The position numbers and the translations under genes are program-made. This document shows positions 54,005 to 62,423 of a stretch of 64,000 nt of DNA, in pieces. How positions within the stretch are numbered: the stretch's first letter is position 1; the number at the start of each line of letters is the position of its first letter. The notes under the pieces were generated by a model. The model ran no database searches. It saw nothing but the letters and a program-made list of their open reading frames with translations, and was not told the origin of the DNA. Source of the DNA: a virus. Taxonomy: Duplodnaviria > Caudoviricetes. The stretch lies in the IMG/VR virus record IMGVR_UViG_3300035208_006521, positions 17,413 through 81,412 of that record. One strand, written 5' to 3'.

Positions 54005-56131
54005 TTAAGATATCTCCTTTAATCTTGTTATTCCTTTTCCATCCATCTCAAGATGGATATTGTTTTCAAAACTGTTTTTTAAACTAGTATGAGAAATGGA
54101 AAATATTTGATAAAAATCTTCTTTGAAGAAATTTATGACTGCTATAATTTCTTCCCTGGAAACTTCGTCCAGTGCGGAGAAAATTTCATCTAAAATCATA
54201 AAGTCTATTTTAGAATTCATCCTCAACAATTTATATCTTGCCAAAGAAGCTCTTACTGCAAAACTCACACTATCAAATTCTCCTCCTGATAATCCCACAA
54301 TTGACCTTTTGCCTTTTTCATCCGTCAAGTATATTTCAAGACCATCCAATACCTCCTTTTTTTGATTTTCTTTAAATAGCTCAAAATCTATTTCTTTGCT
54401 AGTAGCACCTATTTGTGAAATTATATTGTTAGATATTTCATCCAATTCTTCGAGTCCATAAGATATTAACTCCATCTTGCATTTTTCAAAAACTTCTTCC
54501 AAAACCACCCTATCAGCTATATTGTCGGTTAACTTTTTTTCTTCTTTCAATAAAGATTTTAATCTGTCTTTATCTTCCAACATATATTCTATCCTGGTTA
54601 TAACCGAGGCTAATTCTGAATTTAATGTCTTTAATTCGCCCAATAAATATCTATTACTGACTCCCAAATCCCTCAATTCACCATTTATATCTTCTATCAA
54701 TTCTTCTAGATCATCATCCTTTATTACTATAGCTTTTATTTTTTCTCCCGTTCTGGTATATTTTGTTTTGAGAGCATCCCTTTCTTCTTTCAACGAGGAG
54801 AGCAAATCTTCTTTTCCTTTTACTATATGTTTATTTTTTTCTATTTCTCTCAGGATATTTTCCAACTTTTCTTTATTCTTGAGATATAAATTTTGTTTTG
54901 TTTTCATGTCCTTGATCAAATTATTTATATCAGACAATTCTTTTTCTTTTATGATTATTGAGGATTCTATTTCTGCCTTAGCCTTATTTTTATCCTTTTC
55001 CAAAACAGTTCTTTTTTGTTCTGTTATTTCCGTATCGCAGACATAACAAGTATTTAGTTTTATATGTTTTATCTGCTCCTCTATATTTTTTAAATTTGTT
55101 TTAGATACTTCTATGTCTAGAATTATCCTATCGGATTTATCTTTCAAGGAATTCAGCTTTTTGTCTTCTTCCGCATTCCATTGAATTTCCAAATCTTTTT
55201 TTATTTTGCTACATTGATTGCTTTTTATTTCATTAGAGTCTTTTATTTCTTTTATTAAAGCTTCCGATTTTTCTATATTGGATTTTAATTCCAATCCTCT
55301 TTTCTTTATTTCCTGATATTCTTTTTCAAGTTCTTTTTTATTTTTCTTTTCTATTATATTCTTTTCTACTTCTATTTTTTTTTCTGTTATTTCTTTATTC
55401 AGAGTTTCAATTTTACGGATATTTAAAGAATAATCTTTGTCTAATTCTTTCTTCTTTTTTTCCAGACTCATTTTAGAAGCTTCCAATTGATTCATATTTT
55501 TATCAGAACCTTTTGTCTTTTCCTCTAAATCTTCTATTCTACCTCTAACTATATCCAGTTTTGTTTTTAATTCTTTCCTTTCTTTTGAGGAAAGGTCTTT
55601 TGCTCTATCAAATATATCTGCTCCAAAAAATTCCTGTAGAAAAGCTATTTTGTCACTTGTCTTGTCCTGTAGAAATTTCTGAAATTTCTTTTGCTGGAAG
55701 AAAAATGAATAAAGAAAATCTCTTGGGGTTATACCTAGAAAATTTTCTATATATTTTTGTCCCTCTTTTACAGAATTTGCTTTTATTTCCCCGTTTAATT
55801 TAACTATCATTGTGGAAAGTGTCGAGTTTAGATTTTTTCTTTTTTTAACTATTCTTTCAATAAATAGTTCCCCATATTTATCATTCAAAGTTATATTTAC
55901 CCGACATGATTCCTGGCCTATTCTTATAATTTCATAATCAGTCTTGAATCTGTGTTCCCCCGTAAATATCCATCCTATACCTTCAGCAATGGAAGTTTTA
56001 CCAGTACCGTTCGAATAACCTTCTTTGTTTTTATATTTACCAGTTATTCCTATGAGTCTTTTATCCTGCAAGTCCTCCAATATAATATGTTCTATTGATA
56101 AGAAATTTTCATACTCAACTCTGGATATCAT
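54005..56131 (-). CDS. sbcC: SbcC/Rad50/gp46-like recombination ATPase
   Basis: Contains SNGTGKTS, a long coiled coil with CYVC hook, LSGGE and ILDE. Confidence 0.92.
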   Translation of the reverse strand: MISRVEYENFLSIEHIILEDLQDKRLIGITGKYKNKEGYSNGTGKTSIAEGIGWIFTGEHRFKTDYEIIRIGQESCRVNITLNDKYGELFIERIVKKRKNLNSTLSTMIVKLNGEIKANSVKEGQKYIENFLGITPRDFLYSFFFQQKKFQKFLQDKTSDKIAFLQEFFGADIFDRAKDLSSKERKELKTKLDIVRGRIEDLEEKTKGSDKNMNQLEASKMSLEKKKKELDKDYSLNIRKIETLNKEITEKKIEVEKNIIEKKNKKELEKEYQEIKKRGLELKSNIEKSEALIKEIKDSNEIKSNQCSKIKKDLEIQWNAEEDKKLNSLKDKSDRIILDIEVSKTNLKNIEEQIKHIKLNTCYVCDTEITEQKRTVLEKDKNKAKAEIESSIIIKEKELSDINNLIKDMKTKQNLYLKNKEKLENILREIEKNKHIVKGKEDLLSSLKEERDALKTKYTRTGEKIKAIVIKDDDLEELIEDINGELRDLGVSNRYLLGELKTLNSELASVITRIEYMLEDKDRLKSLLKEEKKLTDNIADRVVLEEVFEKCKMELISYGLEELDEISNNIISQIGATSKEIDFELFKENQKKEVLDGLEIYLTDEKGKRSIVGLSGGEFDSVSFAVRASLARYKLLRMNSKIDFMILDEIFSALDEVSREEIIAVINFFKEDFYQIFSISHTSLKNSFENNIHLEMDGKGITRLKEIS

Positions 56132-56144
56132 AACAACCTCTTTT

Positions 56145-57248
56145 TTATTTTATTTTCAAAGTGTCTAATATATTTATTCCCAACTTTTCAATTCTCTTCT
56201 TTTTTTCTTCAGATTTTATCACATCTTTGAGGACTTTTGAAAATATTTTATTAAAATTATAACCTTCTCTATTGTCATCCCTGGATTTTTTTAATACTTG
56301 ATTTTTTTCTATATTTATTTTCCTGGATACTATGTGTGCATTAACCTCATCAAATTTATTTATTATTAATCCCCAAGTAAACCGTGCTCTGTTTTCTTTA
56401 CTTGAACTAACTTCTATCCCTACTAAAGAATCTTTATACTTGTTCAACTTATCCGGGGCTATCTTAAACTCCTTTTTATTTATCAGGTCTATTTTTACTT
56501 TATACATTTTCTGACATTTAAGGTTAATTGATTCAATCTTGCCACTATAAGTGTCTAATGTCAAAAACCTTTTTTCTTCCATCCTTTCTCCCATATCGAA
56601 TCTAACTGGGCTCCCTATTATGTGAATATTATCTTTATCTTGTGGTTTATGGACATGACCTGCTATTATTGTCTTTTTACCAAATATTCTGGTATCTACT
56701 ATTCTGGAAGAACCCGCGAACATTTCTTGCTCACTACCTGGTACCGCTCCTATGGGTTGAAAATGTCCTATTACGGCATCATATTTTATATCCTTGAAAA
56801 ATGATTCAATATATTCCGAAAAAGTCGAATTTTGAAACAAATTCTTTTTTATGTGGGGTATTAAAGCAAAATTCATATTTCCTATTTTCTTAGTAATTAA
56901 CTCTTCTATAACTTCTACCCCGCTTTCCTTCATCTTTGAAAGTGGGTGTGTTATGGATTTTAATGCTCCTGTTACATCATGATTGCCAGGGATTATTATT
57001 ATGTCAATGCCTTCATTTGTAAATTTTCTTATATAAGCTAACACTCTAGAGAACCAATAACCATCTACCATGCTCCTGTCAAATAAATCTCCTGCTATAA
57101 CAAGAGTCTGAATAGCTTCATCTATGCAATATTTTAACATTATTTTTATTTGCTTTTCCATATCCAGTTCTCTGTTATTTTTACTACCCACTGGATAAGT
57201 CCCTCTACTACTTCCAACATGCCAATCTGCTGTTATTGCTATCTTCAT
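56145..57248 (-). CDS. sbcD: SbcD/Mre11/gp47-like nuclease
   Basis: Contains TADWH, AGDLFD, PGNHD, GHF, GHVHKPQ, GSP. Confidence 0.92.
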   Translation of the reverse strand: MKIAITADWHVGSSRGTYPVGSKNNRELDMEKQIKIMLKYCIDEAIQTLVIAGDLFDRSMVDGYWFSRVLAYIRKFTNEGIDIIIIPGNHDVTGALKSITHPLSKMKESGVEVIEELITKKIGNMNFALIPHIKKNLFQNSTFSEYIESFFKDIKYDAVIGHFQPIGAVPGSEQEMFAGSSRIVDTRIFGKKTIIAGHVHKPQDKDNIHIIGSPVRFDMGERMEEKRFLTLDTYSGKIESINLKCQKMYKVKIDLINKKEFKIAPDKLNKYKDSLVGIEVSSSKENRARFTWGLIINKFDEVNAHIVSRKINIEKNQVLKKSRDDNREGYNFNKIFSKVLKDVIKSEEKKKRIEKLGINILDTLKIK

Positions 57249-57412
57249 TATTTTTTCTCCGGAAAGGATATTATAATTTTATCTTTGCCTAAAACTCGTA
57301 AAGGTTGTTTGTTGTCAATATATACTTCCACTTTTTCTTTTGATTTATCCGGCACTATTCTTATTTCTAATTCCCTTTCATCTAAGTTTGATACGATATA
57401 TAACTTTGTCAT
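57248..57412 (-). CDS. Small hypothetical protein (54 aa)
   Basis: Manual translation MTKLYIVSNLDERELEIRIV...; coupled to both neighbours. Confidence 0.55.
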   Translation of the reverse strand: MTKLYIVSNLDERELEIRIVPDKSKEKVEVYIDNKQPLRVLGKDKIIISFPEKK

Positions 57413-58368
57413 TTTAACATCCCTAAGAGCTTCTTGGAGAAGCTTTTATCTTTCAATTTTTCTCTGTAAGTTGCGCTGTTCATTTTTTGGAATCCTTTAA
57501 TTGTCAAAGTCTTCCCGGATATTGTGGCCATTCCTTTAGATTCCAAAGCCAGGGCTAAATCTTTTGCTTTATCAATTCCTTTACCATACACAATAGGAAC
57601 TTGACATTTTAAAAAGGGACTGAATACTTTATTCTTGATGCTTTTTGCTACTACTAATTTACCTGTTTCTTTGCTACCTTCCAATACCTTGCCACTTCTC
57701 GGATCCCTTACTTCTAATAATGCTCCTGTCGAAAAAAATCCCATTGCTTTACCACCTGGTCTTGTTTCTGGATTGCCAAACATAACCCCAATTTTCAATC
57801 TTATTTGATTGAGGAATACTATTGTAGTAACCGGCTGAGGGCCTAGTTCACTCAACACTTTTCTTAATCCTTTACCCATCAAAACCCCATGTGCCCCCAT
57901 GTGCTGTTTGTCCATATCATTTTCAATTTCGGCTCTAGGGACTAAGGCTGCAATAGAGTCTACTAAAATATAATCCATATTCATCTTTATCCCTTCTATT
58001 ATCATATCAAAGCCTTCTTCGCCGCATAAAGGTCTGGTTACTATCAATTTATCTAGATTTATTCCTATAGACTCAGCATATTCGGGATTAAATGATTTTT
58101 CAGCATCCACGAACATGGCTTTGCCATTTTTCTTTTGACAATCAACGATACCACACTGTCCTATTGTTGTCTTGCCGCTACCTTCTGGGCCAAATAGTTC
58201 ATAAATTCTTCCCCTGACCCAACCTATTTCTGAATTTCCCGTAAGTATTATATTAAGGTTCCTGGACCCTGAACTTATAAAAGAACCTTCTAATACTCTA
58301 CGGGAAATCTTGGAATAATCCAGAATATTATTCCCGAATTTTTCCTTTAATTCAGATAAATCCGACAT
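57409..58368 (-). CDS. recA: RecA/UvsX recombinase
   Basis: Contains GPEGSGKTT, VDAEKS, VDSIAALVPRAE, FLNQIR, PGGKA. Confidence 0.95.
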   Translation of the reverse strand: MSDLSELKEKFGNNILDYSKISRRVLEGSFISSGSRNLNIILTGNSEIGWVRGRIYELFGPEGSGKTTIGQCGIVDCQKKNGKAMFVDAEKSFNPEYAESIGINLDKLIVTRPLCGEEGFDMIIEGIKMNMDYILVDSIAALVPRAEIENDMDKQHMGAHGVLMGKGLRKVLSELGPQPVTTIVFLNQIRLKIGVMFGNPETRPGGKAMGFFSTGALLEVRDPRSGKVLEGSKETGKLVVAKSIKNKVFSPFLKCQVPIVYGKGIDKAKDLALALESKGMATISGKTLTIKGFQKMNSATYREKLKDKSFSKKLLGMLK

Positions 58369-59331
58369 TTAGAATTCCTCATCTTCTTCTACTTGTCTTT
58401 TAGTTGCTTTCTTTTTATTCTTGGGACTTTCTTTTTTCTTTGGCTTGTAATCGTCTTCTTCTTCTCCGTCTTCTTCTTCCTTTACCCTTGATTTTTTCTT
58501 TTTTGGTTTTTCTTCATCCTCATCCTCCTCATCGTCATAAGCATGCTTTTTATCTTTGAAAAGGTTCTCTTCTTCATATTCTTCGGAATGTTCACTGCCC
58601 TGTGTGTAGAGTTTAACTATCTTATCAATATCGTTTGATTCTTTGAACTCGTCATCTATACTCGGATACTGATCTTCATCAATCTCTATATCCAGGTCTT
58701 TGACTGATTTACTTAATTTTATTTCCGAGAGTTCCGCGTATTTTTTATCACCTTCTTTTTTCTTGACTAAATCCAATATATATTTTGTCAAGTCAGACCC
58801 GCTCTGTATTTGATCCGGGCCTTCTTTTATAAATGAAGCCAATTTTTTAGCCTGGGCTTGTGTTAACCTTAATTTTCCTATCTTGTATTCTTCATCAAGG
58901 TCTGGTACAAATTTCTTCTTTGATTTACCTGTTTTTTTATCCTTTACTTTGATAGCTATCCCTTTGAATTGCACTCCTGGCAGAACTAGGCTATATTGTG
59001 CTCTTAGGCCATTCCCTTTTTTGTTATATGAATCCGCCAGGTCATCATCTCCGTCATTCTTGGCTTCTTTCTTTAAGTCATATTGCTCTTGGGCAAGGGC
59101 ACACAATCCACATTCATCTACTGCCCATCCTCCCCCTTCTAATCCTCCCGAACATGTTCTCCTGTAAGTATTTTCCCCGATTTTTACCCAATGCTCATAA
59201 CCGGCTGCTCCTTCAACGTCTAGGATAAGAATAAAATTATGTCCCTCCCCTAGCTTTAGGAAATCTCCTTTACCGCCCCCTAGATTGAGAATTCCTGATA
59301 AATCTTTTTCATCATCCAGTCTTACTGTCAT
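58369..59331 (-). CDS. Single-stranded DNA-binding protein (gp32-like)
   Basis: 320 aa with CxxC and a long acidic tail ending EEDEEF. Adjacent to recA. Confidence 0.7.
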   Translation of the reverse strand: MTVRLDDEKDLSGILNLGGGKGDFLKLGEGHNFILILDVEGAAGYEHWVKIGENTYRRTCSGGLEGGGWAVDECGLCALAQEQYDLKKEAKNDGDDDLADSYNKKGNGLRAQYSLVLPGVQFKGIAIKVKDKKTGKSKKKFVPDLDEEYKIGKLRLTQAQAKKLASFIKEGPDQIQSGSDLTKYILDLVKKKEGDKKYAELSEIKLSKSVKDLDIEIDEDQYPSIDDEFKESNDIDKIVKLYTQGSEHSEEYEEENLFKDKKHAYDDEEDEDEEKPKKKKSRVKEEEDGEEEDDYKPKKKESPKNKKKATKRQVEEDEEF

Positions 59332-59332
59332 A

Positions 59333-59878
59333 TTAAAATCTCCTCTTTTTAGTATTTTTTAATTCTTCCCCTGTTAATACAGAGTTATCGTTAAAAGAAA
59401 TATCTCTGTCCTTTCTTATATAGGAAGAGATACTTCTTAAAGATTCTGAATTCATTTCCAGGGCTTTCATTATCCTGTGAATTTTTTCATCTATCTTTCG
59501 GACCATTCTTATTTCTTTTTTTCTTTTCATATATTCTTCTGAGTTGTCCAGAAAAGATTTTTCTTTCACTACTCCTTCTGTAGAACGTGGTGGTAAATTA
59601 TTCCTGGACTCATTCATTTTTTTCTTATCAAATTCATCATACTGATCCTCCAGAAAATTTATATAGCTAATTATATCGGCCCTTATTGTGCCAAACTTTG
59701 CATAATTTGCAGAGCAATTAGATAATTTATCTAATACTGCTCCGGGTACCTGATGGTTGACTAATAATAAATCATTCAAATCAACTTCAAAATTACTATT
59801 GTCTGGGAGAACTATTGATACTTTATTGAAATCCAATCCAAAGTCTTTTAATGTTCTCTTATTCTTATTACTGCTCAA
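59333..59878 (-). CDS. UvsY-like recombination mediator
   Basis: 181 aa helical protein next to SSB and recA. Confidence 0.55.
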   Translation of the reverse strand: MSSNKNKRTLKDFGLDFNKVSIVLPDNSNFEVDLNDLLLVNHQVPGAVLDKLSNCSANYAKFGTIRADIISYINFLEDQYDEFDKKKMNESRNNLPPRSTEGVVKEKSFLDNSEEYMKRKKEIRMVRKIDEKIHRIMKALEMNSESLRSISSYIRKDRDISFNDNSVLTGEELKNTKKRRF

Positions 59879-60083
59879 CTTGTTCCTCCCAAAGATTTTT
59901 AATGTCTTCTTTTATTTCTGATTTATATTCCGTTCTTATCTTTGACATGAATACATTAAGTTTTTCTTCTGTCTGTATCATGTCCGTCACATTCCTTGCA
60001 TAAGCTGGATCGTAATGAGAAATTGCCAAATAGCTCAAAATTCCTTTTCCCCCGTTATTACATAAGCGGGAAAGGATTATCAT
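59868..60083 (-). CDS. Hypothetical protein
   Basis: 71 aa ORF. Confidence 0.45.
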   Translation of the reverse strand: MIILSRLCNNGGKGILSYLAISHYDPAYARNVTDMIQTEEKLNVFMSKIRTEYKSEIKEDIKNLWEEQVEQ

Positions 60084-60181
60084 TAAATCTTCTGAATATC
60101 TTTTATAAATAGCTCCCTTCTTGGATTTTCTGAATCCTTTCCCACTTAATAATTTTTTTAAATCAACTTCCGATAAAGGTT

Positions 60182-60634
60182 TTAGAACTCGTCCTCCTCC
60201 TCTTCCTCCTCCAATTCCTCTTCCTCTTCCTCTTCTTCGTCCTCCAGGTCTTCGTCCTCCAGGTCTTCGTCCTCCAGGTCTTCGTCCTCTTCCAAGTCCT
60301 TTTTCTTGTTTACCTTCTTGCCGGATTTTGCCGATTCTTTCTTCGTTGTTTTCTTCACTTCTTTCTTCGAAGATTTTGTTGTGGCTTTTTTTTTATCAGA
60401 ACCGAAACCCAAGTTTCTCATCTGTACTCCTACAATTGCAGAAGCTGACGGACAACCTAGCTCTTTCAGTTTTGCTGTGGCCTTTTCTCTGTCACCTTTT
60501 GTCTTAGTAAGTATCTCGGCCGCAATTTTTGAAAAACTTTTGCCGCCTGTTTTCTTGTTACCTGGCGGTCTTAAGCCTTTTGGGGCTTTCTTCTGATTGT
60601 TTTTGGCTGCTGGTTTTTTAGCTTTTACTGCCAT
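60182..60634 (-). CDS. Histone-like basic protein with a polyacidic tail
   Basis: Lys/Ala-rich N-terminus; C-terminus (EDEDL)n-E-rich-EDEF. Confidence 0.55.
   Translation of the reverse strand: MAVKAKKPAAKNNQKKAPKGLRPPGNKKTGGKSFSKIAAEILTKTKGDREKATAKLKELGCPSASAIVGVQMRNLGFGSDKKKATTKSSKKEVKKTTKKESAKSGKKVNKKKDLEEDEDLEDEDLEDEDLEDEEEEEEEELEEEEEEDEF
60234..60289. repeat. 15-bp tandem repeat TCTTCGTCCTCCAGG, about 3.7 copies
   Basis: Exact copies encoding LEDED units. Confidence 0.9.
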
Positions 60635-60657
60635 ACAATCCTCCTTCTGTTATTTTT

Positions 60658-61638
60658 TTACTCTTCATTGAAGAGCATTTTATCACCTTCCCCTAACCTG
60701 GAAAAACCTTCCTCATCAGGAGTAAAGTTTACATATTTATCCGGGGTTGGTATTCTTATCCCCATATCCAATTCCAAATTCTCCTTATTTGTACAGGTTT
60801 TGTTGAATTCAGAATAATCACTTTTTGAAGGCCATCTACCACATCCTGCGAATAGATTGCCAAAAAGTTCAGTTCCATCTCCTTTTGAATAAAGACATTT
60901 GTGAGCAAAATCACACGCCGGTCTCATTGCATTTGCAATAAGATTCCATTTCAATTTTTTCTGGAAAATGTTCCGTATTTCCCAATGTATTCCTACTATA
61001 AATTCTTCTTCCCCGAAACACATTCTCCTTCTGCATTGACCTAATAAAGCTAACAAGTTTTGGGTGAATACAAATGGATGATGATAAGACATGGGCAATA
61101 CAGACCTTGCCATTTGATAGGATTCTTTCCCTTTGCTTATTATATCTTTGTATATGTCTTTGCATAGCTTCATATAGGTTCTTAATGCAAAGTTTATATC
61201 CTCACTCATTTTCTTATATTCTGAATAAAGGATAAAACTAGAATCTAGTTTTGAATTATCCCTGCATCCTATAGAACCAAAACCAGTACCTATTCTTGCT
61301 CTGGCCATCTGATCAAAACAATGTCTAGGCACTCCTCTTACCGTAAAAGTAAACTGTGGGGATTCTAGAGCTGTTGGCAATGTATTTCCTTTCAATGCAT
61401 TAGAGACTACTATATATCTTTGCAAAGCTCCTACTCTTTTCCATTTATTCCGGTATTGATCATCTCCCCAAGTTGCTGTCGCCATTTCAAATATGGATTT
61501 ATATGGATTGCAGGGCTTATCTATAAGTTCCACTTCCAATATTTCACATCCGAAATAAATATTGCTTACTATAATTTCTTCTCTGTTGGGTAAAGTACCG
61601 CAAGCTTCCCTTAATTTGTCCGTTGATTCTTCTCTCAT
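60658..61638 (-). CDS. Divergent ThyX-fold (flavin-dependent) protein
   Basis: Contains LESPQFTFTVRGVPRHCFDQMARAR...ARSVLP. The canonical RHR..SxR motif is altered. Confidence 0.7.
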   Translation of the reverse strand: MREESTDKLREACGTLPNREEIIVSNIYFGCEILEVELIDKPCNPYKSIFEMATATWGDDQYRNKWKRVGALQRYIVVSNALKGNTLPTALESPQFTFTVRGVPRHCFDQMARARIGTGFGSIGCRDNSKLDSSFILYSEYKKMSEDINFALRTYMKLCKDIYKDIISKGKESYQMARSVLPMSYHHPFVFTQNLLALLGQCRRRMCFGEEEFIVGIHWEIRNIFQKKLKWNLIANAMRPACDFAHKCLYSKGDGTELFGNLFAGCGRWPSKSDYSEFNKTCTNKENLELDMGIRIPTPDKYVNFTPDEEGFSRLGEGDKMLFNEE

Positions 61639-61672
61639 TTTTTTATACTTCCTCCATTGTCTTTTGTTCCTT

Positions 61673-62305
61673 TTAGAAAGGTATATTGTAATCTATATCT
61701 TCAAAAAATTCAGGCAATATTATTTTAAGCTCATCAAGAAAAGGTCTCATTACTCTCCTCATATCAGGATGGGCTGTTGGGGATGTTCTTAGTTTTAGAA
61801 TATGCCTCCACTCCCGAAGGTTAGCTGTTACAACTATTTCTGTTTTTATATCGTTTGGTAAAATTCCTCTTGCTGCCTGTGCAGGCATTCCACTTTCTGT
61901 CCAATTCATATAAAGCCCTTCAATAGTCTCCGCTACCTTTTTCCACTCTCCCTTCTTTATTGGTTCATCTTCATCAAACCAATAAGGTCTTATAAAAGTT
62001 AATTCCCTATTGAATCTATTCTTGGAATAGTTACAATACCTGGTACTTTCTTGTGAAAAAGATGCTAGTCTGTGTCTTACCATTTCATGGCTAAATCCCC
62101 TATTATGGATAAAATTGACAGAAATAAATTCATGTTCTATTACACTTTCATGACCTTTCATTATCCAATTTCTTATTCGATCGCTTTCTTGTTCTTCTGT
62201 TCCTGATTCCGATTTATAACATACTCTGCCCGCTCTCGAGATGTTATAAACAATTTCTTCCCTGTTTATCAGTCTTAATGAAAAATTAGGTTCTATTACT
62301 TTCAT
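61673..62305 (-). CDS. thyX: Flavin-dependent thymidylate synthase ThyX
   Basis: Contains GHESVIEH, HEMVRHRLASFSQESTRY, ARGILP, NLREWRHIL. Confidence 0.95.
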   Translation of the reverse strand: MKVIEPNFSLRLINREEIVYNISRAGRVCYKSESGTEEQESDRIRNWIMKGHESVIEHEFISVNFIHNRGFSHEMVRHRLASFSQESTRYCNYSKNRFNRELTFIRPYWFDEDEPIKKGEWKKVAETIEGLYMNWTESGMPAQAARGILPNDIKTEIVVTANLREWRHILKLRTSPTAHPDMRRVMRPFLDELKIILPEFFEDIDYNIPF

Positions 62306-62334
62306 GCTTCCTCCAATTTGTTTTTTAAAAAATC

Positions 62335-62364
62335 AGGCGTCCTTTTGTTGAAAAGGACGTCCTG
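62335..62364 (-). terminator. Intrinsic terminator after the polymerase gene
   Basis: CAGGCGTCCTTTT-GTTG-AAAAGGACGTCCTG hairpin, followed by a T-run on the minus strand. Confidence 0.6.
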
Positions 62365-62390
62365 TAAAACAGGAGATTATTTTTTTTCTC

Positions 62391-62407
62391 TCATATAATA
62401 TAAGAGC
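62391..62407 (-). promoter_or_regulatory. Conserved intergenic motif GCTCTTATATTATATGA upstream of thyX
   Basis: 16/17 identical to 44794-44810. Confidence 0.5.
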
Positions 62408-62423
62408 AATTCATGTGTGAGTC

